DNA from: Myxococcales bacterium
Lineage (GTDB): Bacteria; Myxococcota_A; Bradymonadia; UBA7976; UBA1532
Length of the DNA stretch: 64,000 nt
Assembly: GCA_009692505.1 (NCBI GenBank)
Contig: SHZC01000006.1
Location: forward strand, 1,583 to 65,582
Direction: 5' to 3'
This document shows, one piece after another, positions 40,598 to 50,478 of the stretch. Numbering within the stretch: position 1 is the first letter of the stretch; every line of letters begins with the position of its first letter. Both the position numbers and the translations under genes were made by a program. The notes beneath the pieces are model-generated. The model did not search any database. It saw only the letters and a program-made list of their open reading frames with translations, and was not told where the DNA came from.

Positions 40598-40758
40598 ATG
40601 GTGCACTCCCCCCAAGTAGCTCTCAGTTCCTGTTTACTCCACATCCGGCTCATGAAGATGAGCGATGCTCCTTCATGCGCCAGAACCTCCGAGCGAATGA
40701 AATCACGGAGTCGATCTTTCTGACAACCGGATTCCACGCACGATAACCTGCAGTTCAC

Positions 40759-42834
40759 GTGGGATTAAGAAGCGATACCGACATTCTGGGTCCGGAAGGA
40801 CTGCTCTCTCGGTCGCCACCCGGAGTGAGGGGGGCGCGAGTCTTTGAGGTGCGTGAGGGGCAGCGGACCCTCGGCGCGGCCGTCTCGAAGTGTCTTGACG
40901 AAGGCGGGATTCTTCTCGCCGAGGCCGGGACGGGCACAGGAAAGACGCTCGCTTATCTCTCGGCCGCCTGGCTCTCGGGTCGAACGGTCGTGGTCAGCAC
41001 GGCCACGCGAGCCTTGCAGGACCAGGTGGCGCAACGCGAGCTGCCTCTGCTCGCCGCCCTCGCCGCCGCCGAGGGTGAGCCCTTCGAGTTCGCCGTCCTC
41101 AAGGGGCGATCGAACTACCTCTGTCGCCTGAAGTTCGATGAGGTCGAGGCCTCCATGTCGGACGAGCGTGAGGCCTTTCTCTCGATTGCGCGATGGGCCG
41201 CCGAGACGCAGACGGGTGACCGCGCCGAGGTGCCCGACGTCGCCGAGGACGATGCCATCTGGGAGGATCTCACCGTCACGAACGAGACCTGCCTGGGCGC
41301 GCGATGTCCGCTGCTGGGCCGCTGCTTCGTGACCCGCGCGAGGGCGGCCGCGGCGCGTGCGCGGGTGGTCGTCGTCAATCACCACCTCTACTTTGCGGAC
41401 GCGGCCGTACGCGCCGGGGGTGGGGCGATCTTGCCCGAGCATGAGGTCGTCATCTTCGATGAGGCGCACGCGATCGCCGACACGGCGGCGACGTACTTCG
41501 GCGCGCGCCTCGGAACGTCGACTGTGGCCGCGCTGCTTAGAGATGCGCGCAGCTTCGGGCGAGACCCACGCGGCTCGGGGCCGCAGCGGACGCTCGACTC
41601 GGCCCGTTCGGGAGCCATCCGGCTCGTGTCCGATGCGGCCGACGGGCTCTTCTCGTGTCTACGGCCGGTGGACAAAGAGCGGACGCGCCAGGCCTTCGGG
41701 CCCGAGGCGCTCACGCCGGAGGTCGTGCGCCGCCACCACGCGCTGGACGCCGCGCTCCTCGTGCTCGCGGACCTCTTCGAGGCGCTCTCCGTTAGACCTC
41801 CGTCTGAGGGGCCATCAACGCCGCCAGAGGCCGCCGATGAGAACGCGCTCAAGCTCTCCCGTCGCGCCTTTGACCTTCGGACCGCTGCGGCCGAGTTGCT
41901 TGATCGCCGTCGGGACGACTGGGTCTACTTCCGCGAGACCAGCGGCGCACAGCTCACCCTGCACGGGCAGCCGATCTCCGCGGGGCGCACGCTGGAGGAA
42001 AACGTCTTCTCGCGCGTCCCGTCGGTCGTCTTGACCTCGGCCACGCTGACCGCCGGCGGCAGCTTCCGATACCTCCGCGAGCGGCTGGGAATCTCGGACA
42101 CGTCGACCTTGGACGAGGTGCCCCTGGACCCCCGAGTGATCACCGAGCTTCGCCTCGTCAGCCCGTTTGACTATGTGAACGCGGCGCGGATCTATCTGCC
42201 AAAAGGCATGCCCCAGCCCGACAGCCCGGACTTCCCCGACGCCGTGGCGGAGCAGGTCTGCGCCCTCGCCGAGATCACCCAGGGGCGGGCGTTCGTCCTC
42301 TTCACCAGCCATCGCAACCTCGAGGCGGTCTTCGCGCGCCTCAACGGGCCGCTTCGAAGCCGCCTGCCGTATCCGCTGCTCAAGCAGGGCGAGGCGTCAC
42401 GTAGCGCGCTGCTCGACGCCTTTCGCGCGCGGCCCGGCACGGTGCTCCTGGCGGCGGCGACGTTCTGGGAGGGGGTCGATGTCCCGGGCGAGACCTTATC
42501 GCTCGTCATCATCGATAAGGTGCCCTTCGGGCCGCCGGATGATCCGGTCCTCGTCGCGCGCTCCGAGCAGCTCGTCTCCTGTGGCGGCAATCCCTTCAGC
42601 GACCTTCAACTGCCGACCGCCGCGCTCGCGCTTCAGCAGGGCGTGGGGCGCCTGATTCGCTCGTCAATCGATCGGGGCATCATCGCCCTGCTTGATCCGC
42701 GCTTGACGACGCGGGGTTACGGCAAACGCCTGCTCGCCTCGCTGCCGCCCGCGCCCCGTGAGTCGGACCTCGAGGCACTTCGGGCCTTTTGGCAACAGGG
42801 CCGGGGTCAGCCAGCCAGCCCGCCCGGTCATTGA
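40759..42834 (+). CDS. dinG: ATP-dependent DNA helicase, DinG/Rad3 family
   Basis: Walker A AEAGTGTGKT, ATRALQDQ, DEAH box VIFDEAHA, an Fe-S Cys cluster (CLGARCPLLGRC) and C-terminal helicase motifs; the start codon is uncertain (it may lie downstream of 40759). Confidence 0.75.
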   Translation: MGLRSDTDILGPEGLLSRSPPGVRGARVFEVREGQRTLGAAVSKCLDEGGILLAEAGTGTGKTLAYLSAAWLSGRTVVVSTATRALQDQVAQRELPLLAALAAAEGEPFEFAVLKGRSNYLCRLKFDEVEASMSDEREAFLSIARWAAETQTGDRAEVPDVAEDDAIWEDLTVTNETCLGARCPLLGRCFVTRARAAAARARVVVVNHHLYFADAAVRAGGGAILPEHEVVIFDEAHAIADTAATYFGARLGTSTVAALLRDARSFGRDPRGSGPQRTLDSARSGAIRLVSDAADGLFSCLRPVDKERTRQAFGPEALTPEVVRRHHALDAALLVLADLFEALSVRPPSEGPSTPPEAADENALKLSRRAFDLRTAAAELLDRRRDDWVYFRETSGAQLTLHGQPISAGRTLEENVFSRVPSVVLTSATLTAGGSFRYLRERLGISDTSTLDEVPLDPRVITELRLVSPFDYVNAARIYLPKGMPQPDSPDFPDAVAEQVCALAEITQGRAFVLFTSHRNLEAVFARLNGPLRSRLPYPLLKQGEASRSALLDAFRARPGTVLLAAATFWEGVDVPGETLSLVIIDKVPFGPPDDPVLVARSEQLVSCGGNPFSDLQLPTAALALQQGVGRLIRSSIDRGIIALLDPRLTTRGYGKRLLASLPPAPRESDLEALRAFWQQGRGQPASPPGH

Positions 42835-42899
42835 GGCGTGGTTTTTGACCGTCACGCGAGGGCGTGATTACCATCGGCGCTCTGTCGTCCTGAGGTGAA

Positions 42900-45800
42900 A
42901 TGGCCGCGTCGAATGAGGCTTCAAAGCTGCTCATGGGGCTCTCGATTCCTGAGAGTGCCCCGGAAGAGATCTTCGCCGTCGTCGACGCCCTGAGCATCGG
43001 GCGTTCGGCGGACGCGGCGCAGCTGCTTGAGGTTTCATCGCTGGAACCGAGCGCGCTCCTGACCCGCGTCTTGTCCGGCATCACTGACCTGTGGAACTCC
43101 GAGGTCTATCGGGCCTGTTCGGCGTTCGAGGCCGTGCTCCTTGAGGAGCCCGACCACCTCATCGCGCGCCTGGGCCTCGCGCTGTGCCTGGAGGTCCAGC
43201 AGGACTTCGAGGCCGCCGTCGACCTGCTGCGCCGCGTACTTCAGCTCGACGCGGACCACGTTCAGGCGATCGCCGCGCTCGCGCGATGTTATAACGAGCA
43301 AGGCAAGCTCGACCGCGCCGAGGCTCTCTCGAGGCGTGGCTTGGAGATCAAGGGCGACGCCCTCTCGCTGCGTTTCGCGCTCGCGGACACGCTCCGAAGG
43401 CAGAGTCGGCACGAGGAGGTCGTGACGATCCTCGGTGAGGTCTGGGAAGCCACGGACCCGACCCTTCGGAGAGCCGCCCGGAGCGATGAGGCTCTTGCGG
43501 TGGCTTATGGTCGGTCGTTGCTCGCGCTGACTCGGAGCGCGTCGGCCGCGCCGATCTTCGACGAAGTTCTGCGACGAAACGCCGAGTCGACCGGCGCGAT
43601 GGCCGGCATGGCGGAGGCGTTGGAACAAGATGGGCGCTTGGCCGAGGCGCAGGGTTACCTCCTTCGGGCGATGGCCGCCGCCCCGGACCAACCCTGGCTC
43701 CATCTCCTGCACGGTCGGCTTCAGAGCCGTTTGGGGGACGCCACCGCTGCAGAACGCTCGGCCGCGACCGCGCTCGCGCTCGCGCCCACCAACGTCGAGG
43801 CCCTGCGGCTGGCCATGCGCGCGTGCCGTGAGCAGCGCCGCCATACCGATGCCGCGCCCTACGCCGATCGCCTGCTCGCGCTCCTGCCCCTTGACCCAGA
43901 GGCCACCGCCGCTCGGGCGCTGTCTCGCATCCTGGACGGCGAGGCGGCGGCGGTCATTAGCGAGCTGACCTCCCGAGCCACCGGGGACAAAGGCGCTGCT
44001 GATTTGCACTTGGCGCTGGGCTGCGCGGAGTTCGCGATGGGGCGCCCGAAGGAGGCCGCCGATCATCTCACTCAGGTCCTTCGCCTGCGTGAAGGGGATT
44101 TGCTCGCTCAACGCCTCATCGGCTGGGCTTATGAGCACATCGGCGCGCCCCATCGAGATCCGCTCACGGTCCTGCGCGCCCGTCTCTCGGAACCCGATCT
44201 CACGGCCGACCGGGAGCCCATCGCGCCTCGGGCCACGACGACGCGCCCAGGTCGGGAGGTGAGCCGCCGTGAGCCCCGAAGGCCACAGTCGAGCCCGCCG
44301 TCCGTCGAGCTGCAGGTGAACCGGATTCTCTCGACGGAGGGGCCCTCGTCGTCAGCCCTCCTGTCGCCTCCGGCCCCCAGCGGTCACTCTGAGCGGAGCT
44401 CTCAACGCTCCAGGGCCTCCCAGAAATCACCGACGACGGGCTCCATCCCGGCCGTCAGCGTGGGGCCTGTGCCCGGCGGTCCCGCAGCGAGCATGGGCGC
44501 GACCCTTGGGGCGACCGCGTCCGCCTCGAACGAAACCCACGAGGTCCCGTCGGTGATGGCGCTCTCCGGCGAGCGGGAGATCAGTGAGCTTCGGGAGGTC
44601 CTGCGTCGGGTCCACCGGCTCGTCCTCGAGGAGCCTGAGCTGATACAGAACGCCCAGCAGATTGAGCGACTCATCGAGGAGCTCGACCACCCGGTGCTGC
44701 TGGCGATCATGGGTCCTCCGGGTGCGGGCAAGACCACGTTCGTCAACGCGCTCATCGGCCGCGAGGTCATCCCTCCGACGACGACCGTGCCGATCCTCCT
44801 CCGGTACGGTCGGGTCGCCAGCGGGCGCATTCTCTTCCACGACGGCCGAATCGAGACCGTCCGATTTCAAGACCTCTCGTCGTTCCTCGAGGCCAACGTC
44901 CTCGAGCTCACCTACGAGACCGTGCAGCTCATCGAGATCATCTACCCTATCGAGGAGCTGACCCGCGCGAGCATCCTCGACGTGCCTGACCTCATCGACG
45001 AGCCGCTCGAGACGCTCATCCCGCTGGTTGCCGACGCGGACGCGGTGCTCTGGCTGGTGGGCATAGACCAGGCGGTCAGCCACTGGTGCGCGGCGGCCGA
45101 GTGGCTCAATGAGCATCCGATGGAGGCGCTCGGCATCGTCTCGCGCATCGATGGCCACGACGCAGAGCAGGTCGAGGCGGCGTTGTCTCGCGCTTCCATG
45201 ACCCTCGGGGCGGGCGTCATCGAGGTGCTGCCCATGAGTGCCCGCGTCACCCTCGACGCGCTGAAGTCCCGCAACGTAGCCGCGCTCCGGCGGAGCGGGA
45301 TCGCCCGCCTTCACCGCGCGCTGCGTCGCCATATCTTCGCTCGGTCGGCGGCGATCAAAGCACGCGCCGGGCGGGGTCGGGCGCGGCGATTGATTGATCT
45401 GGTCCTCGCCTGGGTTTCGACCCGGCTGGAGCTGCTGCGGGAGCGGTCGTCCAACCTGCAAGCGCTCGCCGAGCAGGTCGCGCTCGACCGCGCCCAAATC
45501 CGCGCCGAGGTCGAAGAAGAAACGCCGCCGCGCCTCCGGATGGGCATCGACGGGGCGGTCATCGCCTGCGCCCGAGACCTCTCCGACCTGGTGCTTGAGA
45601 ACCGTGGCGAGGCCGGTCGAGTCCATGTCCTTCGCGCCTTGCGGAATCGCTTGAGGACGGCGGTCGCCGACGCGGTGCTGCGGAGCCGCGAGGCGGTGGA
45701 GTCGCGCCTCATGAACGTGACCGACGACTACCTCGCGCGGCTCGACTCCATGTTCCCGCCCGGGGAGACCAATACGCAGACCCAGCGTATCCATACCCTG

Positions 45801-46145
45801 CGCGGCCTCGTCGAGGGGTTCCGAGAGCTCCTCATCGAGCAGGCCTTCGGACGATACGAGGCGTATCTCCAAGGCTGGATTGATCAATCCCCGCTCGCCG
45901 GACTCTTTGAGGAGGCTGAGCAGTTCCCGACTTTGGAGACGCTCGGCGCGTACCTGCGGACCACGTGTCTGGGGCTCGACCGCGTGCCGCCGATTGATCT
46001 CGAAGGGCTCGCCGAGTCCCTCTTCGACGGCGTGGCGGAGTTCTGCGATGAGACGCTCGCCGAGCTGCGTATCGCGACGATGACCCTGGAGAAGCGGCTG
46101 CGGACGCCGCTCCTCGATCGTGCCCGAATCTCGGAGCCGGCGTGA
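42900..46145 (+). CDS. TPR-repeat domain fused to dynamin-like large GTPase domain (1081 aa)
   Basis: N-terminal ~430 aa are TPR repeats; a ~230-aa S/P/R-rich disordered linker follows; then P-loop GPPGAGKTTFVNALIG, a PTTT switch I, DVPDLID (G3-like) and SRIDGHD (G4-like), and a long helical stalk. Confidence 0.65.
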   Translation: MAASNEASKLLMGLSIPESAPEEIFAVVDALSIGRSADAAQLLEVSSLEPSALLTRVLSGITDLWNSEVYRACSAFEAVLLEEPDHLIARLGLALCLEVQQDFEAAVDLLRRVLQLDADHVQAIAALARCYNEQGKLDRAEALSRRGLEIKGDALSLRFALADTLRRQSRHEEVVTILGEVWEATDPTLRRAARSDEALAVAYGRSLLALTRSASAAPIFDEVLRRNAESTGAMAGMAEALEQDGRLAEAQGYLLRAMAAAPDQPWLHLLHGRLQSRLGDATAAERSAATALALAPTNVEALRLAMRACREQRRHTDAAPYADRLLALLPLDPEATAARALSRILDGEAAAVISELTSRATGDKGAADLHLALGCAEFAMGRPKEAADHLTQVLRLREGDLLAQRLIGWAYEHIGAPHRDPLTVLRARLSEPDLTADREPIAPRATTTRPGREVSRREPRRPQSSPPSVELQVNRILSTEGPSSSALLSPPAPSGHSERSSQRSRASQKSPTTGSIPAVSVGPVPGGPAASMGATLGATASASNETHEVPSVMALSGEREISELREVLRRVHRLVLEEPELIQNAQQIERLIEELDHPVLLAIMGPPGAGKTTFVNALIGREVIPPTTTVPILLRYGRVASGRILFHDGRIETVRFQDLSSFLEANVLELTYETVQLIEIIYPIEELTRASILDVPDLIDEPLETLIPLVADADAVLWLVGIDQAVSHWCAAAEWLNEHPMEALGIVSRIDGHDAEQVEAALSRASMTLGAGVIEVLPMSARVTLDALKSRNVAALRRSGIARLHRALRRHIFARSAAIKARAGRGRARRLIDLVLAWVSTRLELLRERSSNLQALAEQVALDRAQIRAEVEEETPPRLRMGIDGAVIACARDLSDLVLENRGEAGRVHVLRALRNRLRTAVADAVLRSREAVESRLMNVTDDYLARLDSMFPPGETNTQTQRIHTLRGLVEGFRELLIEQAFGRYEAYLQGWIDQSPLAGLFEEAEQFPTLETLGAYLRTTCLGLDRVPPIDLEGLAESLFDGVAEFCDETLAELRIATMTLEKRLRTPLLDRARISEPA

Positions 46146-47641
46146 GCGTTGGGCGGGCACTCCTGCTCGGGCTCACGCTCTCGTCGTGCGCGGGCGCCAC
46201 GATTGACGGCCCAGACATGGCAGGGACGCCGTTCTCCGAAGACGACCGGGGCCAGGTCATACAGCTGCCCGATCGACCGACCTCCGGAGGTGCTGACGGG
46301 TCGTCCTCGGCGGACGGCCGCCTCGGTGAACCCGACGGCCAAATGGGCAGCGACACGGCGGGCGGCGCAGGCGGCGCAGTTGCCCCGTCGGGCCCGGACA
46401 CCGGGCCGCCCGACCCGACCGACGACCTCGACCAAGACGGCGTCTCCGCCCCCGCGGACTGCGACGACGCCGATCCCCGGCGTTATCCGGGCGCCCGCGA
46501 GCTGCCCGGCGACGGCCTCGACGCCAACTGCGATGCCCAGGATGCCCTGCCCTGCAACGGCTCGGACGACTGCCCGCCGGCTTGGTACTGCGCGCGGGAC
46601 TTCACCTGCCAATCCGGCTGCCGCGCGGACGATTGCCGAGACGGGCTTCGATGCCACTCCCTCGACCGCGTCTGCCTCCCGGACGACGCCAACTTCGCCT
46701 GCGGACGCGACGCCGATTGCCCTCAGGGCACGCTCTGCCGACTGTATCGGATCGTGGGCGCGGGAGCCCTCGGCGCGACGTGTGAACCGCCGCAGGGCGT
46801 GGATGGAACCGGCGCGGCCTGCGCGGACGGCTCGGAGTGCCAGAGTGGTCTGTGTCTTTACTCCGGGACCTGCGGCGCGCTGTGTCGGGACGACCGCGAC
46901 TGTCCCATGACCACCACCTGCGCCTGGACACGCTTCTACGCCGGAGAGACCGAAAATCGGGTGCACGTCTGCATGGGTCCACTCACGGCTTGTGTTCGGA
47001 GCGAAGACTGCCGACCGGGCCTCATCTGCGCGGCCGTGCCTCGGCCGGACCAGCCACGCGGCCACGTCCTCGGCTGCGTCCCAGGGCCCGATGGGGTCGG
47101 CGTCCTACGGTCCGGTGCGGCGTGCGCCCGCGACGAGCAGTGTCAGTCAGGCCAGTGTCTCGCCGAAGGGCGGTGCTTAGGCCCGTGCGGGGGCGATGTG
47201 GACTGCGCGCAGGGCCAGCGGTGTTACGAGGCGGGCATCTTCATCATCGACGACGGGGGCACCGTCTCGACCGTCGACGACGTGCTCACGGGTCTGCCTC
47301 AGTGCGGCCCCGACCATGGCTCGGAGCAGCGCTGCGACGAGCTGCGGAGGTGCCCCATCGACGAGGTCTGCCTGCCCCGCGTCGGGGTCGATGGGCGCAC
47401 CTACGAGACGCGCTGCTTCGGCGCGCAGGGGCCCGGCGCGGCTGGAGTGGCTTGTGAGAACGACGCCGAGTGCGCCTCGGGCGACTGCATTGCCGAGCAC
47501 TGCTTCGGCCTGTGTTTTGAGCTCGACGGGTGTGGAGAGGGCAGCCGCTGCATCAACCGGCAGTTCGTGCTCGATGACCGAAATACGATGGACCTCTACG
47601 ACGACCTCATCGCTGATCTGGGGCTCTGCGTGCCGGAGTAG
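46142..47641 (+). CDS. Lipoprotein with MopE-like putative metal-binding motif and Myxococcus-type cysteine-rich repeats
   Basis: Lipobox LLLGLTLSSC; DCDDADPRRYPGARELPGDGLDANCD; about 9 repeats of CxxGxxCxxxxDCxxGxxC; GTG start within a GTGA overlap with the upstream GTPase gene. Confidence 0.7.
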   Translation: MSVGRALLLGLTLSSCAGATIDGPDMAGTPFSEDDRGQVIQLPDRPTSGGADGSSSADGRLGEPDGQMGSDTAGGAGGAVAPSGPDTGPPDPTDDLDQDGVSAPADCDDADPRRYPGARELPGDGLDANCDAQDALPCNGSDDCPPAWYCARDFTCQSGCRADDCRDGLRCHSLDRVCLPDDANFACGRDADCPQGTLCRLYRIVGAGALGATCEPPQGVDGTGAACADGSECQSGLCLYSGTCGALCRDDRDCPMTTTCAWTRFYAGETENRVHVCMGPLTACVRSEDCRPGLICAAVPRPDQPRGHVLGCVPGPDGVGVLRSGAACARDEQCQSGQCLAEGRCLGPCGGDVDCAQGQRCYEAGIFIIDDGGTVSTVDDVLTGLPQCGPDHGSEQRCDELRRCPIDEVCLPRVGVDGRTYETRCFGAQGPGAAGVACENDAECASGDCIAEHCFGLCFELDGCGEGSRCINRQFVLDDRNTMDLYDDLIADLGLCVPE

Positions 47642-47723
47642 GCGGCGAGCGCGTTACAGAATCACGACGGACTTCGACTGAGCGTGTTAGCGTCCGCGCC
47701 CTTCACCGCTAGGAGTCTCATCG

Positions 47724-49307
47724 ATGTCTGCTGACGCGCTCCCTGCTCGCGACGAGAGCACCCTCTTCGGCCACCCACGAGGTCTGTTTCTGCTGTTCAT
47801 GGTCGAGATGTGGGAGCGCTTCTCCTACTACGGCATGCGCGGGCTCCTCGTGCTCTACCTGACGACGCCGCTCACCGGTATGGCCGTCTTGCCAGAGGGC
47901 CAGGTCGCGGGCTTCAACCCGGGTCGCGGCTGGGCGGAGTCGGACGGGAGCATGCTCTACGGTTGGTATACCGGCCTGGCTTACCTCCTGCCGCTCTTCG
48001 GTGGGATCATCGCCGACCGGATGATCGGCACGCACCGATCGATGATCGTCGGAGGGCTGCTCATCGCGGTGGGGCATGTCGTCCTCGGCATCTCGGGCAT
48101 GGGGGCGCTCGAGACCTCCAGCGCCGGGCTGTCGGTCTTCATGGCCGGCCTCGCGCTCATCGTCATCGGGACCGGGCACTTCAAGCCGAGCGTCTCGGTC
48201 ATGGTCGGGCAGCTCTACCCCGAGAATGACAAGCGGAGGGATGGCGCGTTCTCGATCTTCTACATGGGCATCAACGTCGGCGCGTTCATCTGCGCGTTCA
48301 CCTGCGGCACGCTCGGAGAGCTCGTCGGCTGGCACTGGGGGTTTGGCTCGGCCGCGGTCGGCATGATCCTGGGCCTCCTGTGTTACGTCTGGGGGCGACC
48401 CCGGTATCTGTCGACCGTGGGCCTCGCCCGCGACGAGAGCCGCGCCGAACGGACCGCGCCGATGTTCCTGGCCATTGGCGCGGGCCTCTCGGTCCTCTTC
48501 GGCCTCGCCTACCACTTCGGCGCTCTCGCCATCTTCACCGCGATCATGACCCCGGCGGTCACGACCATCGGCGGCATCGGTATCTTGGGCCTCTCGGTCT
48601 GGTTCGTGATGTCGCAGCCGCAGTCCGAGCGTGGCCCGGTCACCTCCATTTTCCTCTTCATGCTCTTCAACGCGATCTTCTGGATGGCTTTCGAGCAGGC
48701 CGGGTCCTCGGTCAACCTCTTCACCGACCGCCATACGGACCGAGACCTGGGCGGCTTCATCGTGCCGACGACCTGGTTCCAGTCCTTGAACCCGGCGTTC
48801 GTCATCCTGCTCTCGCCGCTCTTCGGGTGGATGTGGACGGCGCTGAGCAAGCGCGGCATGAACCCCTCCCAGCCCGCGAAGATCGGCATCGCGCTGCTCC
48901 TCGTGGGGCTCGGCTACATCCTGATGACCATCGCGGGCCGCGTCACGGCGATCGACGGCGCCAAGGCCGGCATGATGCTCGTGTTCGGGATGTACTTCGT
49001 CCACACCATCGGCGAGCTGTTCATCTCACCGACCGGCCTGTCCTACGTGAGCAAGGTCGCCCCCAAGCAGTTCATGTCGCTCCTCATGGGCATCTGGTTC
49101 ATCAGCAGCTTCATCGCCAACCTCGGCGGTGGCTGGGTGGCCGCCCAGGTCGAGCGCGTCGAGAAGGGCGAGTTCACCCTGCCCTGGAGCTTCGGCGGGC
49201 AGGCGGACTTCTTCTTCCTCTTCGTCGTCTCGTCGGTGGGTCTCGGCGTGCTCGTGCTCGCGGCGACACCCTGGCTGAAGAAGCTCTCTGCGGGCCGCGA
49301 CAACTGA
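47724..49307 (+). CDS. Proton-dependent oligopeptide transporter (POT/PTR2 family)
   Basis: PTR2 signature ERFSYYGMRGLLVLYL, 12-14 TM helices, and the FYMGINVGAF motif. Confidence 0.9.
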   Translation: MSADALPARDESTLFGHPRGLFLLFMVEMWERFSYYGMRGLLVLYLTTPLTGMAVLPEGQVAGFNPGRGWAESDGSMLYGWYTGLAYLLPLFGGIIADRMIGTHRSMIVGGLLIAVGHVVLGISGMGALETSSAGLSVFMAGLALIVIGTGHFKPSVSVMVGQLYPENDKRRDGAFSIFYMGINVGAFICAFTCGTLGELVGWHWGFGSAAVGMILGLLCYVWGRPRYLSTVGLARDESRAERTAPMFLAIGAGLSVLFGLAYHFGALAIFTAIMTPAVTTIGGIGILGLSVWFVMSQPQSERGPVTSIFLFMLFNAIFWMAFEQAGSSVNLFTDRHTDRDLGGFIVPTTWFQSLNPAFVILLSPLFGWMWTALSKRGMNPSQPAKIGIALLLVGLGYILMTIAGRVTAIDGAKAGMMLVFGMYFVHTIGELFISPTGLSYVSKVAPKQFMSLLMGIWFISSFIANLGGGWVAAQVERVEKGEFTLPWSFGGQADFFFLFVVSSVGLGVLVLAATPWLKKLSAGRDN

Positions 49308-49317
49308 GCCTCTTTGG

Positions 49318-50469
49318 ATGGCGCTCGGGCTTCGACACACTCCGAAACTGATCCTCGTCGGCGGGGTGTGCGCTGCCTGCGCGACGGCGCCCCAGGACGG
49401 GCGCCCGGTCCGAGGGGCAGACGCCTCCGCCCTCTGCGTCGAGGGGGCGTTGCTCTGCCAGGACGAAGACGTCATCAAATGCGTCTCCGGCTCGCTGACG
49501 CCGCCTGAAGCCTGCGCCGAGGGCTTGTCGTGTTTCCCGGGTCGGGGCTGTGCGGCCTGTGCCCCGGGCGTATCGTCGGCGTGTCTTGAAGACGCCGTCT
49601 ATCGCTGCGGACCCGACGGGCAGCTCGGGGAGAAGATCGAGGACTGCCCGACGAGCTGCGCCCTTGGGTCCTGCGTCGGGGACTGCGCGCCGGGCAGCGA
49701 GCTCATCTACACCGTCGACAGCGACGACGGGCTGTATCGCTTCGACCCCCGCACGTATGAGTTCACCTTCGTCGGGGTCTTGGACTGCCCGGCGGGCGCG
49801 GCGCTGCCCGGCTTCGGCGATGGGCCTTCACACCCCTTCTCCATGGCCGTCGACCGCCATGGGCGCGCGCGGGTGCTCTACGGCTCGGGGGAGCTCTTCA
49901 ACGTCGACACCCAGACCGCGTCCTGCCTGCCAACTGAGCATGAGCCGGGCGCGGGTGGGTTCGAACTCTTCGGGATGGCCTACGTCAGCGACGGGCCGGG
50001 GTCCTCGCAGGAGCGCCTCTTCATCGCCGGGGGCCAGGTCGGCGAGTTGGGATCCGGGCGACTGGCCTCTCTGACGGGGCCGACGCCCGTGGTGCTCGGA
50101 TCCATGTCCGAGCACGGGTTCGGCGCCGAGCTCACCGGCAATGGCAACGGCGAGCTCTTCGCCTATTGGCCCGGCGGCGAGAGCGAGGTCGCGCGGCTCG
50201 ACAAGAACACCGGTGGGATCGACGAGCGATGGTCCTTGCCAAGGCTCCAGGCGACGCCGAGCGGCTGGGCCTTCGCCCATTGGGGTGGACGCGCGTTCGT
50301 CTTCATCTCCACGATGGACGCCAGAGGGGAGGTCACGTCGCAGATCTTGAGGTTCGACCCTCAGGGCGCGGGCGGGACCGGGGACAGCGTGGTCGTGGTC
50401 GCGGACGTGGGCCGCGTGATCGTCGGCGCGGGGGTCTCGACGTGTGCCCCGGTCGTGTCGAACTTCTGA
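49318..50469 (+). CDS. Secreted Cys-rich hypothetical protein
   Basis: Signal peptide/lipobox (VGGVCAACA); a Cys-rich N-terminal third followed by a beta-rich domain; begins 11 nt after the POT gene. Confidence 0.5.
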   Translation: MALGLRHTPKLILVGGVCAACATAPQDGRPVRGADASALCVEGALLCQDEDVIKCVSGSLTPPEACAEGLSCFPGRGCAACAPGVSSACLEDAVYRCGPDGQLGEKIEDCPTSCALGSCVGDCAPGSELIYTVDSDDGLYRFDPRTYEFTFVGVLDCPAGAALPGFGDGPSHPFSMAVDRHGRARVLYGSGELFNVDTQTASCLPTEHEPGAGGFELFGMAYVSDGPGSSQERLFIAGGQVGELGSGRLASLTGPTPVVLGSMSEHGFGAELTGNGNGELFAYWPGGESEVARLDKNTGGIDERWSLPRLQATPSGWAFAHWGGRAFVFISTMDARGEVTSQILRFDPQGAGGTGDSVVVVADVGRVIVGAGVSTCAPVVSNF

Positions 50470-50478
50470 GGGGTGGGC

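Noticed and set aside
40680-40800. LexA/SOS box upstream of the DinG-family helicase
   Set aside because: Only partial resemblance (CAGTTCAC) to the GTTC-type boxes; no full palindromic match.
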